DNA from: Macrostomum lignano
Lineage: Eukaryota
Length of the DNA: 64,000 nt
NCBI GenBank assembly: GCA_002269645.1
Contig: NIVC01002053.1
Coordinates: 1-64,000 of the forward strand
Reading direction: 5' to 3'
Part shown: piece by piece, positions 1 through 12,652 of the stretch
Layout of the letters: every line of letters starts with the position of its first letter
Position numbering within the stretch: the stretch's first letter is position 1
Program-made: the position numbers and the translations under genes
The notes under the pieces: model-generated
Told to the model about the DNA's origin: nothing
Seen by the model: only the letters and a program-made list of their open reading frames with translations
The model's database searches: none

Positions 1-396
1 ATAATGTTATGAACCGGCCCTTAAATGCGTACTTACAATTTGCGAACTTGATTTAAGCAATGCAAGTTTACAAGTCAAGCAGCAGTAAGACGATAAGATA
101 AGACGAGTATCAAAAATTTCGCAAACAATTAAGATAAGAAACAATATGCATCGGTGGCTCTAGCGTTGAGGTGTTGAAAACTGAGTAAACACCAAGTCAG
201 TGCGCCCATTTACCCGAGCAAGGAGACTCATGTACATCTGTTGATTCAGGCGGTGTCAAATGCTGGCCATTCCCTACCTTCTATTAAGCTAACCGAGAAA
301 GCATTCCGCCTCTTTCTCAGCCTTGTTAACAGCGGCCCCGCACAAGCAGACACGCGGAACACCCGATTAACCCACAGACTTGCGAATCGCAGTGTA

Positions 397-1384
397 ATGC
401 CAGCCGAAACCGAGGAGATTCCCGAGATCGACATGTCGCAGCAGTCGGAGGCCGTGGTTGCTGAGCAGCTTGGTGTCGGCGCTCACCACCGTCGGCTTCT
501 GCTATGCGGTCGGCCACGGCGTCCCGCAGGAGACGGTGGCGTCCGCCTTCGCCGAGTCGGCCGGCTTCTTCGAGCGTCCGCTGTCCGAGAAGCTGCGGCA
601 CCGTCGCGACTGGCGCAAGTCGACCTGCGGCTACATCCCGCCTCACTGGGCCAGCACCGGTGACCCGGACGAGCCTCCCGTCGAGCGGTTCAGCCTTGAC
701 GCTCCGCCGGACGAGAAGGAGGCACTGGACGTGTGCCACACCTGTGACGACACCGTCTGGCCCTCGGAGTCGTTCCGGAAGGCTTCGCTGGACCTCATCA
801 GCGCGGCTCAGGTAAGTTGAGTCTGATACAGTCACCATTATTCACCGTTATTCACTACTCAGCTACAGCTATTTTTCCGACGCTCCCCGCAGGACCTGAC
901 GCTGCGCCTTGTGCGTCTGATCGGCCGGGGCCTCGGCCTCAGCCCTCCCGACCAGCTGGCTGACGCCTTCGCGGGATTCGCTACGCCCGGAAACACCAGC
1001 GAGCTGCGCATGCTGCACTACCCGCCGCTGCCAACGGTGACTGACGGCACAGTCTGTGGAGACAGGTGCGGAGAGCACACTGACTATGGAATCATCACGC
1101 TGGTGTTCTGCGACTCGCAGCCCGGACTGCAGGTGAGAAGTTGCTGTTTCTACTATCGGTAATAAACAACTCACGTCCTGAGCGCCTGATATTCGAGCAG
1201 TTTGATGTCTGATGTTCGATGTCTCCTGACACATGCTTAGTAATTGAAAAATCTCTTTATTATCTCTTTTTTGTCCCCTAAATCTCTTTATTAGGACTAA
1301 GTATTGGAGGGGGGCAATGCGGACAAAATCTTAGGGAACAGATGTACCCCTGTATGTTTGATAATAATAATAATAATAATAGTA

Positions 1385-1415
<31 letters not shown>

Positions 1416-2202
1416 TATTAATAATAATAATACTAACTGATAACACCTGCCCTAATGGGCAGATGTGCAACCGACAGCTCAGCCGCAGCTATTGTCCAAG
1501 GACTGGGGGGTCGCCACACGCACCCTCAATTACCCCAGCTAATGCTGGCACCCATTTTACAGCTGGGTGAACTGAAGCAATGCAGACGGAAGTATCTTGC
1601 TTAAGGACACAAATTGTTTCAGTGGGATCGGGAATCGAACCCCCGACCTTCAAGTCGTGAGTCCGACGCTCTGACCACTAGAAAACCTACAAGAAAAATA
1701 AGCTTTTGATATGCAGTTACCATCGAAACGTTTTGGTCGCGTAAATCTCTTTAGACATTATTCGTTCGCATCTCTTATACAGCTTTGTTAGCCGCCTAAT
1801 TCGTACTGTTTTTTCAAAGAGAATTCGCATGATCGTGAACCTAGCAAAAACACCACCATCCTCACCTGTCAGGTGCTGTCCCGGTCTGCCCGCTACCTTG
1901 ACGCGAACCCGCGTCCCGGTCGCGTCCTGGTGAACATCGGCGACCTCATGCAGCGCTGGACTGGCGGTCGGCTACACTCCGCCAGGCACCGAGTGCTGGC
2001 ACCGACTGACCCGAAGCTGCGCTCCCAGCCTCGCTACAGCTTGGTGTACTTCACGCAGTGCGACGACGAGTACATTGTCCGACCGTTGCTAGGAGACCCG
2101 GACAGCTTCCCGCCGGTGAAGACCGGTGAGCACATGCGCAGGCGCTTCGAAGAGACCTTCCAGCTGGGCCAGGGCATCGACCCGCAGCTGCCGCCGCTCT
2201 GA
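397..2202 (+). pseudogene. 2OG-Fe(II) oxygenase, IPNS/DIOX_N-like, copy 1; frameshifted as written (exons 397-811, 893-1132, 1873-2202)
   Basis: GT-AG introns in phase 0. HTD (HxD), HRV and RYS motifs present. Exon 1 is 415 nt versus 414 nt in copy 2 because of an extra T at 470/471 (GAGCAGCTTGGTG vs GAGCAGCTGGTG). Could be a real pseudogene or a sequencing indel. Confidence 0.8.
1361..1690 (-). mobile_element. tRNA-derived SINE, family A (CORE-like centre, (TTA)n tail), in intron 2 of oxygenase copy 1
   Basis: Reverse complement shows an A-box-like TAGTGGTCAGAGCG, B-box GGTTCGATTCC, a CORE-like TGTGTCCTTAAGCAAG...CAGCTGTAAAATGGG and a long (TTA)n tail. A second copy lies at 30276-30577. Confidence 0.8.
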
Positions 2203-2907
2203 CCAGGGCCGAAACCAACGATGGAAATGCTGCCGTTACTTGAACTGTTGATTTCCACTCAATACCAATTAGAATGCTGTTTGGTACCCAGAAATTCAAT
2301 ATTCCCACATGTACTAATAGTGTTTGAATATTTCTGTCCTTTTGTCGCGTTAATTTAGTAGATGCAATGATACAATTCATCTTTATGCATAAATTAGCGT
2401 AACATTATTCTCAATGATTACCGTGTGTTACCATTAGATATTTTCAGATTTGCCTCATTTTTTCTAAAAAGTAAATTTTTTTGAATTTGTGAATTTTCGT
2501 TGGGTAAACGGCTTATTGTTACCCATGAATATACTCGGCATCATTATAATTTTTTAAATAAAAATTTCTTAAAGCCTTAGCCCCTGATAATATTTTGCAG
2601 TGCATGGGGCGGACAAGCCTGAATTCTACAGAACAGCATCTGTACTTGGCGCATGACCTTCTTTTGTCTGAGCGCACAGCATATTTCTGTCACAATCGAA
2701 TTATTTAGCATCAATGGAAAAAATGACTCATTCAGTATAAATTTACCTCGTATATGCTTTAAAATAGTTTGAATTTTAGCTTGTGCAGGCTTTATATGCT
2801 CTCAGCTAAACAACTTGAATTACTTTTAGCGTTCAGACTCGTGTATTTCGAAATATAATCCCAGCTTGGTCATTAATATCAATGAATAAATAGTGTAAAG
2901 CCGACTG

Positions 2908-3390
2908 ACTGGGGGGGTCATATCTCCGAATCATATCTCCGAAACTTCATATCTCCGAAACTTCATATCTCCGAAACTTCATATCTCCGAAACTTCATAT
3001 CTCCGAAACTTCATATCTCCGAAACTTCATATCTCCGAAACTTCATATCCGAAAATTCATTACTCCGAAACTTCATATCCGAAACTTCATATCTCCGAAA
3101 CTTCATATCTCCGAAACTTCATATCTCCGAAACTTCATATCTCCGAAACTTCATATCCGAAATCTCATTACTCCGAAACTTCATATCCGAAAATTCATTA
3201 CTCCGAAACTTCATATCTCCGAAACTTCATATCTCCGAAACTTCATATCTCCGAAACTTCAAATCCGAAAATTCATTACTCGGAAACTTCATATCTCTGA
3301 AACTTCATATCTTAGTTAGGATTAAGGCTAGGGTTAGGGTTAGGTTTAAGCTTGCCGGGAATATGAAGTTTCGAAGATATAAAAGGTTCC
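2908..3390. repeat. 16-bp tandem array (CATATCTCCGAAACTT) followed by a TTAGGG-like tract and one inverted unit; probable non-autonomous DNA element
   Basis: About 24 direct units from 2917 to 3310, TTAGGG-like text at ~3315-3345, and inverted unit ATATGAAGTTTCGAAGATAT at 3361-3380. Confidence 0.7.
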
Positions 3391-3869
3391 TAAAAATCAA
3401 TGAAGGCAAGACGGAACAACCAGAGCTTGAATTAGCTCATTTGCCGTTCTATTTTTGTCAGTAAAAGAGACGAAGAAGTGTCGCATAGAGAGGAGGGAGT
3501 GGAATGTCACTCGCGCATGCTTGGAGCACCGCCGGGACCGATAAGAACAAGAAGAAACTGGCTGGAGTAGAGAAGATCGAGGGAAGGACGCCGAAGCAGC
3601 GCTGTTGTACATCTGAAATGCGTCCATTATTCACTAGCTATATGGACAGGTGTGCAATGCAACTCCGTCACCGCAGTCTATTCCGTCACTGTCTGCATAG
3701 CCATTGACTAATCCGGGCCATTGACAGCAGACTCTCCGCTCCCTCCCTGCACCGCCAAGCAGCAAGGCCTCCCCTCCGCGTACAAAAGCAGAGCCCAGTG
3801 CAAAGCGGCCCCGCACAAGCAGACACGCGGAACACCCGATTAACCCACAGACTTGCGAATCGCAGTGTA

Positions 3870-5329
3870 ATGCCAGCCGAAACCGAGGAGATTCCCGAGA
3901 TCGACATGTCGCAGCAGTCGGAGGCCGTGGTTGCTGAGCAGCTGGTGTCGGCGCTCACCACAGTCGGCTTCTGCTATGCGGTCGGCCACGGCGTCCCGCA
4001 GGAGACGGTGGCGTCCGCCTTCGCCGAGTCGGCCGGCTTCTTCGAGCGTCCGCTGTCCGAGAAGCTGCGGCACCGTCGCGACTGGCGCAAGTCGACCTGC
4101 GGCTACATCCCGCCTCACTGGGCCAGCACCAGCGACCCGGACGAGCCTCCCGTCGAGCGGTTCAGCCTTGACGCTCCGCCAGACGAGAAGGAGGTGCTGG
4201 ACGTGTGCCACACCTGTGACGACACCGTCTGGCCCTCGAAGTCGTTCCGGAAGGCTTCGCTGGACCTCATCAGCGCGGCTCAGGTAAGTTGAGTCTGACG
4301 CATCGGAATTGCAGCTTAAGCAGTGCACAGACCCTCAGACGTTTCTCACCTACTCTGCATCATTAAGTAGCTCAGAGCTGCTACCGACAATAACAAAAAT
4401 TTGCTGCTCAAAAGTCTGAACTTAAAACAGAGGAGCAGCGTCACAAGGCGCGCCTAAAACCGAGTGCGGGACGCCAGCGTCAGTCAGCCGACAATCGACA
4501 AAATGCTGAGTGCGGGTCTGTCTTCAATGCCGCTAGAGTGCCGGATTATGTGGACTCTATCGTCAAAAAAGAACTGTACCTACGTCTACTTTGTCACTTA
4601 CTTAGCTAGTCTGAGGGCCAGTCATACTCATTTCTTTTCAGCATCCAGCCGCTCATCACCTCAGTAACTCTTATTGACGCTCCCCGCAGGACCTGACGCT
4701 GCGCCTGATGCGTCTGATTGGCGGGGGCCTCGGCCTCAGCCCTCCTGACCAGCTGGCCGACGCCTTCGTGGGATTTCCCACGCCGGCGAACACAAGCCAG
4801 CTGCGCATGCTGCACTACCCGCCGCTGTCCACCGATACCAATGGGTCCGCCAGCGGCGACCGATGCGGAGAGCACACCGACTACGGTTGCATCACGCTGG
4901 TGTTCTGCGACTCGCAGCCCGGACTGCAGGTGAGCTTCCATGCTGCTTTACTTGTTCGACGCTTATTGTGTCTGAAACATTTGCCATTGTCCTCGTCAGG
5001 TGCTGTCCAGGACTGGTCGCTACCTTGACGCAAACCCGCGTCCTGGTCGCGTCCTGGTGAACATCGGCGACCTCATGCAGCGCTGGACTGGCGGTCGGCT
5101 GCACTCCGCCAGACACCGAGTGCTGGCACCGACTGACCCGAAGCTGCGCTCCCAGCCTCGCTACAGCCTGGTGTACTTCACGCACTGTGACGACGATTTC
5201 ACTGTCCGACCGTTGCTAGGAGACCCGGACAGCTTCCCGCCGGTGAAGACCGGTGAGCACATGCGCAGGCGCTTCGAAGAGACCTTCCAGCTGGGCCAGG
5301 GCATCGACCCGCAGCTGCCGCCGCTCTGA
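3870..5329 (+). CDS. 2OG-Fe(II) oxygenase, IPNS/DIOX_N-like, copy 2; intact, 327 aa (exons 3870-4283, 4690-4929, 5000-5329)
   Basis: Three in-phase exons. IPEIDM N-terminus, GFCYAVGHGV, LRMLHYPP, CGEHTDYG, VNIGDLMQRWT, HRV and RYS motifs typical of the family. Confidence 0.9.
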
Positions 5330-7095
5330 CCGAAGCGAACCACCTGATGAAGACAGGAGTTTCTGGTTGGTAGGCGGCATCCCTACCTGCTCTATATTTA
5401 ACCGTGGGTTCCGATCCAACCAAGACAATCAAATGCTGTGGGGCGTAAGGCTTGCAGATGGAGAACAATTGGTGAATTTATTTATTCTGAGTGCATTCAA
5501 AAATCTTGTCTAAAAATGCATATGAGCGTAGTTTAGATTTATCACTATTCTTAAGCGTTGCCTCCTAAAACAACCAAGAAGTGGCTCCCAAATTGGAGAC
5601 CCTCTTTGATTCATTGCAATTTTTGTCAACAATATTTACTCTTGCCAAATAAAATTGCACTTGATAATAATCAGACTCTGTTTACAATGCGTTCATTGTT
5701 CCAAATGCTATCAACATATTGCAGAACAAGCAATGTAAATAGCGGTCGTGCTAAAGCCAATCATAAATGATAAGAAATCTGGACAGGAAATGACAGAGGC
5801 CAATCTCTGAGCTGAAACAATGCAGTGATAATGGGGGTCTCGGCCTGCGTCTGCTCTGTTTCTGGCCAGCGGTTTTTGTCGCGTCGCAGATTAGCATTTC
5901 AGCGCTGATCTGATAATCATTAAAGCGAATGCATGCTGCTGAGTGCGAGGAGGACGCCGTGGCACAGCGGTATCGCATCGTTCTCTTATCCAGGAGGACC
6001 TGGACTCGATTCCTGGTGTAACTGAGTTAATTTTAAGGCAGTGATGGCTCTGGAGTCCTTAGCAGACTTTTAAACCTCAAGACACCGCTTGTACATCCTA
6101 GTTTACATCTGTACGAGTACACACCCAAGCTCAGATGAGGCAGCTCCATGGGAATTTCAAGCAAATGTTCAGTAATGTCAAAATTAACAATAAAAAAATC
6201 ATTTTCTTCTCTTCTCTTCATTTTTTCTTAAAATGTCGTTTTACGAACGGTACACATAAAAAACATAGAACGGCAGCTAAAATTTATTTATAAATGAGCT
6301 GACGCAGAAAAACTTGGATTTAAACGGGTAAAAAAGCAAACCACGAAGGAAGAACAGAGATAGCTGCTGCTACGAGATTCGGTTAACAACAATTAAAAGT
6401 ACATTGATTTATCACAGATAAGTTCAAGTAATTGGGAAGCGGGCTTAGTAGCTCAGGCTGCTAGTAGGCCTTTATTATTCTTGTATAAAATACATGTATG
6501 TAGTAATTATTGAGATAATAAAAATAGACGATACGCAGCTAAGGAGAGCAGTACGAACTATCTAAATTCACTAGCTAATATTTTATAGCAGGTATCATTG
6601 CCAAAACAAATAAATTACGCAAAAATTTTAAACATTTAGCAAACAGCGAACAGTGAGAATATGGACATGGGCGAGCCGTGCAAATTTCGTTGCAAGATTG
6701 AAAGTTTGCAGGTTTTTACTTCTTTATTGAAGATAAAACACCTTCTGGACTTCCGAATTGCCAATAAAGCAAGCATGCATTTTGTCCGTGAGATGCAGTC
6801 ACAAGTTTATCAAGCTGAAGTTTGAGCATTGGCGCTCTGCTATGAAACTTTTCTCTAGCTTTTTCCTCTATAAACTTGTGAGTGCGCCTCGGACATGTCC
6901 GGGAGTCAAGAAGGTGAGATATCGCAGTGCTAAAACCAGAAAAATTCCTTGTCTCGCCAATGCAGTTTGTGCAGAGAAAGCCGGTCTTTGGCAAAAAATT
7001 CAGGGTTTTTGAGTGCAGCATCAATCGATCTGGTGCAGTTGACATAAAGTGAGAACTGGGAGTTCACGGGCTGCCATAGAAAATTAGCGGTACCA

Positions 7096-7910
7096 ATTCA
7101 GGGAATCAGCTTTTCCTATAGTACTTTGTGTACTTGTAGGATCTGGGGAATCAGCGGTACCCATAGTAGTCCATGTACTTGTAGGAGCTGGGGAATCAGC
7201 GGTACCCATAGTAGTCCATGTACTTGTAGGAGCTGGGGAATCAGCGGTACCCATAGTAGTCCATGTACTTGTAGGAGCTGGGGAATCAGCGGTACCCATA
7301 GTAGTCCATGTACTTGTAGGAGCTGGGAAATCAGCGGTACCCATAGTAGTCCATGTACTTGTAGGAGCTGGGGAATCAGCGGTACCCATAGTAGTCCATG
7401 TATTTGTAGGAGCTGGGAAATCAGCGGTACCCATAGTAGTCCATGTACTTGTAGGAGCTGGGAAATCAGCGGTACCCATAGTAGTCCATGTACTTGTAGG
7501 AGCTGGGGAATCAGCGGTACCCATAGTAGTCCATGTATTTGTAGGAGCTGGGAAATCAGCGGTACCCATAGTAGTCCATGTACTTGTAGGAGCTGGGGAA
7601 TCAGCGGTACCCATAGTAGTCCATGTACTTGTAGGAGCTGGGGAATCAGCGGTACCCATAGTAGTCCATGTACTTGTAGGAGCTGGGGAATCAGCGGTAC
7701 CCATAGTAGTCCATGTACTTGTAGGAGCTGGGGAATCAGCGGTACCCATAGTAGTCCATGTACTTGTAGGAGCTGGGGAATCAGCGGTACCCATAGTAGT
7801 CCATGTATTTGTAGGAGCTGGGAAATCAGCGGTACCCATAGTAGTCCATGTACTTGTAGGAGCTGGGGAATCAGCGGTACCCATAGTAGTCCATGTACTT
7901 GTAGGAGCTG
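7096..7910. repeat. 45-bp tandem array (17 near-perfect units at 7141-7905 plus 1 degenerate unit) overlapping the CCDC181 stop codon
   Basis: Unit AGCTGGGGAATCAGCGGTACCCATAGTAGTCCATGTACTTGTAGG repeats with a 45-nt period. Confidence 0.95.
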
Positions 7911-10052
7911 GCTACAAGTAGAGCATTGGCCAGAGCCTGCGACTTCCTTGACCGGCGCATGGCCAGCTGGGTCACGCGGGCCCGCTGTCGCTCGCACATC
8001 TCCTCGTATAGTTTCTGCTCTTCCTTGCGACGGAGCCACCTGGCAGAGAATTAACGGGTTTTGAATGAGTACAGTCCATGGCTCTAAATGATTCAAATTT
8101 TTGTTCACAGCCAGCCGCTTGCGAGTAAGAAAGTGCAAACCAGGAAATTACCAGACAGCAAAAAGAAAATGCAGTTTTGTGCTTAGTTTTCTACACCAAA
8201 ATCACCCCACATTGACAACTCGTCACTGAAACCGATGCCAGCATTCTCTGCGTATTACGTATACTTGCGCTTAATTGAATTAAGAAACCAACTCTCTACT
8301 GTTAGTAGTCGCATTGAGTATTTCTTATCGATTTTGTCCTAAATAAAATTGAACGACGCATCCCTGAAGCTGGAGGCCGGGTAGGGTCTCCTTCAGAGAT
8401 CAATTATGCATTGGATTGAGGCACATATTTGAACTCATTGGTAGGCAAGCTAAAAAACTCTGTCAACAAGAATTAACGCGGCTCAGTGTTTCTAAGCTTC
8501 ACTAAGTGAATTTTAGCTGCAACCTGTCCAACATGGGCTGGCGGATCAAAGCTGGGTCAGTTACTCTCTGCTCTTGCACCTGTCACATTGGATTAAGGAT
8601 TAGCAAATGCTTGTTCTGGAAAGAATTTCGAAGTGCAATAAAATAAATTCACTTACAGCTTGAAAGCCCTCCGGCACTGCCTTGAAGTGCGCGTCTCAGA
8701 GTGCTCAATCATCTCCTCGCGCTCCATCTCTTGGTATTTCTTCTCCTTCTTCTGCTGCTTCCGCTTGCTCTGCAGCCAGTTTTCGAAGCTCGGCTTGCCA
8801 TTCCGCTGGCGCTCTTGCTGCTCCTGCTCTTCCTGCTGCCGCTGCCGCCGCTCCGCCTCTTGGCGCTCCTTCTCGTCTTTCTGCTGCTCACTTTTGGCGC
8901 GCAGCCAAGCATCAAAGCCGGCGCCATTGTCTTGGCGCTGCGCGCGCTCACGCGCTTCGGCCTCCTCGCGGCGCTCCCGGTCACGCCGCTCCCGCCGCTG
9001 CTGCTGCCGCTTGGCCCGCAGCCAGGCCTGGAATGCCAGCTCGTTGTCCCGCTCCCGCTCATCCTGGCAACCGTTGCTACGGGCGCTGCCCGGCCGGCCG
9101 TTGCCGTTGACGGACGAGCGGCCGTTTGAGTCGCGCCGTTGCTGCCGCGGCGCCGAGCCCGGCCGGCCGCGTGGACCGCCGCCACCGCCGCTCGGCTCCC
9201 CGTTGCTTTCGCTGTCGCGGCCGCTCAGCTCCAGATCTTCGTCGCTGTCGCTGTCGATTTGACCGGCTTCCACCTCCCGCCTATCGACGTACTTGTACTG
9301 GCCACCGTCGCTGACCAGCAGTACCTTCCCTGAGCCCGGCTGGTCGCCGCCGCCGTCCGTCTCCACTGGTTGCTGGCGATCCGGCGTCGATTTCTCAGCG
9401 TCGTCGCTGTCGGTCTCCGGCCGCTGCTCGGGTGGCGTCTGAGGCGGCGAATCGTCTGAATCGGCCTCGTCCTCGGCCGGTAGCTGCGTCGGTGGTGACG
9501 GCGACGGGGCGACCTGGACGAGCTCGGCGCTGAATCGAACCCGTGACGGCCTGGCCGCGGACTCCTCTGGCGACGGTTCGCGCTCCAGTTCGGCATTGAG
9601 CTGGTTGAGCCGGGCCAGGGTATCCTCGTAGTCGGGGCCGGGCTCTGCGGAGGGCACCGGTGGTCGATTTCGAAACGTATTTTTCAGGCCAATTAAATTC
9701 TCCAAAAACTGACTGCCCTCTACATCCAGCATGGAGTTCTTCAGCCTTATCTTCTGGAACTTTGAAGTTGCCTTGAAGCAAATTCAAGTAAATCGTATTT
9801 CAGCTCACCTTGCAAAGCCTTTAGAAATTCATCGTCGGCTTCCTCTGGAATTTTTATTTATTTAGGCATCAATAATCGCATCAAATCAAAGGAAATTTTG
9901 AAAGTAGGACACATAGAGGCAAAAAGAGAGCTTGACACACCAGTCCAATCATCAGCGCTGATTGTCTGCAGCCTGTCTAACTCCCCCATTGCTGCTAGCT
10001 GATCATCTCTCAGGCCGTACTCATCATGTTGTGGCTCATCCTGCTCAGTCAT
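7871..10052 (-). CDS. CCDC181: Coiled-coil domain-containing protein 181-like; main exon ~9646-8657, last exon 8039-7871; 5' exons (candidate ATG 10052) unresolved
   Basis: Recognised segments: LARLNQLNAEL...VRFSAELV, KVLLVSDGGQYKYV, ERDNELAFQAWLRAK, and repeated F-x-x-W-L-x-x-K motifs. Phase-2 GTAAGT donor at 8656 joins the acceptor at 8040, giving AFKLWLRRK...YYGYR*. Confidence 0.8.
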
Positions 10053-12652
10053 TAGAAATTTTAGCCTGTAATTAGACATTTTCATAGAGGTTTTTATTGA
10101 TTGACAAAGTGCTCCTGAAGTTTTGTTACAAATAGTTGAAGAAATTGAGCTGAATTTTAATGGCTATAAAATATTTTGATTATATATTAACCTAACTTAT
10201 CTACGGCTAGTTGGAACAGAGATATAATTCAAGCTACCCTTTATCTTATTTAAAAATGAATATTCATAATCTCAGTAGCAATGTGTCTACTAAGGACACA
10301 TAATATTTGCGTTGGCTATGTCCTAGTTGTTTAAATTTTTATTGGAAGAAAAACTTTTTGCTTAAAATATACAACTCAGATTGAATAAACAAACTATTGC
10401 TTGGCATAGTAAATTACCTAGTATCTTTGACCTCTGTGGACCTTCCAATAGATATTGTACAGATGCGATATTTTACAAAATCATCTCTACAAGCAAAGCA
10501 CTTAAACCAGCATAGTAAAACAGCATTTTTAAACGAAATTCTCAGGTGGTTATGTTGTATTACCCAACTTCCATTATGCTCTCATTTTTCTAACTTAAGT
10601 AAGCAATTCATTACTATTTACACCAAATCCATCGGCTCATATTTACTAATACATAAAGTGAATTCTTATTTTTAAATATAGTCATTGAATTCAATTATAG
10701 TCATTGAATAAAGAATCATAAACCTTTCTCCATATAAAAGTTCAAATCATACAAAAAGAGAAATATATGAATTTATGAACCACTGAAATTAAAACTCAGC
10801 GATGGTTTGTTTTCCCCCGGCCTTTGAGAATAAAAAGAGATTTTTTAATTTAAGGTTTCATTTTCATCCTTTAAAAAATGTCAGGTTAATGTTACGACGA
10901 ATATATTTAGTTTGCAAATTTAAACAAACGTCCCCATGACAACATACTTCACTAAGAGTTACCTATTTGTTAAAAGAAGAAATATTGGATTTGTAGCACT
11001 CCAGGTGAATTTTTTAGTAATGGAGCAATTTTAACAGCGTGATTTATTGTTTTTATGGAGTATCATGTCAATCAAATGACAATCGATTGCACGCACGAAT
11101 AATTAATAAGTCTCGCTTTCGTGCGTTTAGACGTCTTGACAGCCTTTAATTAGTTAAATTGATGGCTGTGTGGTATGGTCTACACACTAAAATAAATTAA
11201 AGAGAAGGAGAATTTCTTTATAGTAAGAAACAAAAAGGATATAGAGGAGATTTTTGTGCTCCAAGACAGAACTTCCAATGCAGAACTTTGAGGAGTAAAA
11301 CTTACACCCACTCAACAGATCGCTAGCCATCAATCTTCCTTACTGCACCGTTCGACTTCAATTGCGAATAGTGAGCTAACTAATGAGCAGCTCCCAGAGA
11401 GCGGAAGACGAACCTGGGCAACTTCTGCTGTCAATTAAGATCTTGGAATCGATAGCGATATACGATTGAGTGGAGCGCTAGCCTATTAATCAAACAAAAT
11501 GTCGTGAAGCAGGTCACTTTTATAGTGCGCCACCTGAGTCAGTTTTTTTAATATTAATAAACGTATGTTAATCAAACGTATGCTTGATTTTGTTGGTCTT
11601 ATTTCTTTCTCAAAAAGTTAAATATTTTTACTGAAAAGGCTTTTAGATTGAATTAATTGGGAGATTTTGTACTACGAGTAATATCTGCATATGTGTACTT
11701 TACGGTCTACGGTTTTGCCAACCTTTCAAATAGTAATTATGAGAGTATGAAATTGAATCTCAATTGGACTTTCTGCTGCAATCTTCCAATCTAAATAAGC
11801 GGCTATAGCTTCGATCAGAAAAATTCAATTGCTTTTGCGGGTTTTGGAAGATATAAGAATTGGCTTCCCCCATCCGGCAAATCTCTTCCAGTAGAAATTT
11901 GCATTAAGCGGCTTCGATTCGTAGGCTTAGAGCATGGTAATATAATCTACTAGATCGAGGTGCTCAGAGCCTATACAAAGATCAGGGCTGAAGAACAAAC
12001 CCCGGCCCCTTGCATCGTCTAAAACGAGGCAAAGTGGATCGTTTTTTGCACCCCTGGGGCTGAGGGGCTGAGAGATACAGAGACAAGTGACGCAGAGGAC
12101 TGCAGCGGGAAGTGCATGGCTGCTAGGCTGCAGTAGGCTCGATCTCAAGTCTCATCTAAGAAAGGTTGGAGTCGAATCTCGACCCACCAGCTTATCCTGC
12201 TTGGGAAGCCATCTCAGTTTTTTGCCCACGGCTTTATTTCCCGTCCGCACTGTCCTCTGCCCCTCCCCTCCTCTGTTCCCCGCCTCATCTCGGTGGAGGC
12301 TGGCAAAGTCGATAAATTCGGCGCCAATGTATAGTATAGAAGGCGTGAAATTGCTTTGCTAGGGGATTTTTGCTCGCCCACCCCTCTCCATTCTGGTCCA
12401 GAGTCTTAGCGAGCATGGGTGAAACCTGAAACCTTATCCGCTTTGGGCAGGGGAAGTGCAGCCTGATGGCTGGTGTATCTGCTGCTGCTAAAAAACTATG
12501 AAAACACGGGGGGTTGCTGGTTGGAAAGCAGAGATGTTCAGAATATGCAAAAGGCTGAATTTCAGCAGTGGCCGAAAGCAGAAATATGTAAAAAATGACT
12601 CCTCCTGTCACAAACTTGACCCACAAATCCGTGCATACTTGTTCCTGGTTGT

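Noticed and set aside
10-24. PIF/Harbinger terminus (ATGAACCGGCCC followed by TTA)
   Set aside because: The partner end would lie outside the window, so it cannot be verified.
5340-5400. Hammerhead ribozyme suggested by CTGATGA at ~5344
   Set aside because: No convincing stem II followed by GAAA, and no matching stems I/III were found.
7084-8138. Long repetitive ORFs (MGTADSPAPTSTWTT)n and others, as a mucin- or antifreeze-like gene
   Set aside because: They are alternative-frame readings of the 45-bp array; the homology-supported frame is CCDC181, which stops in the first unit.
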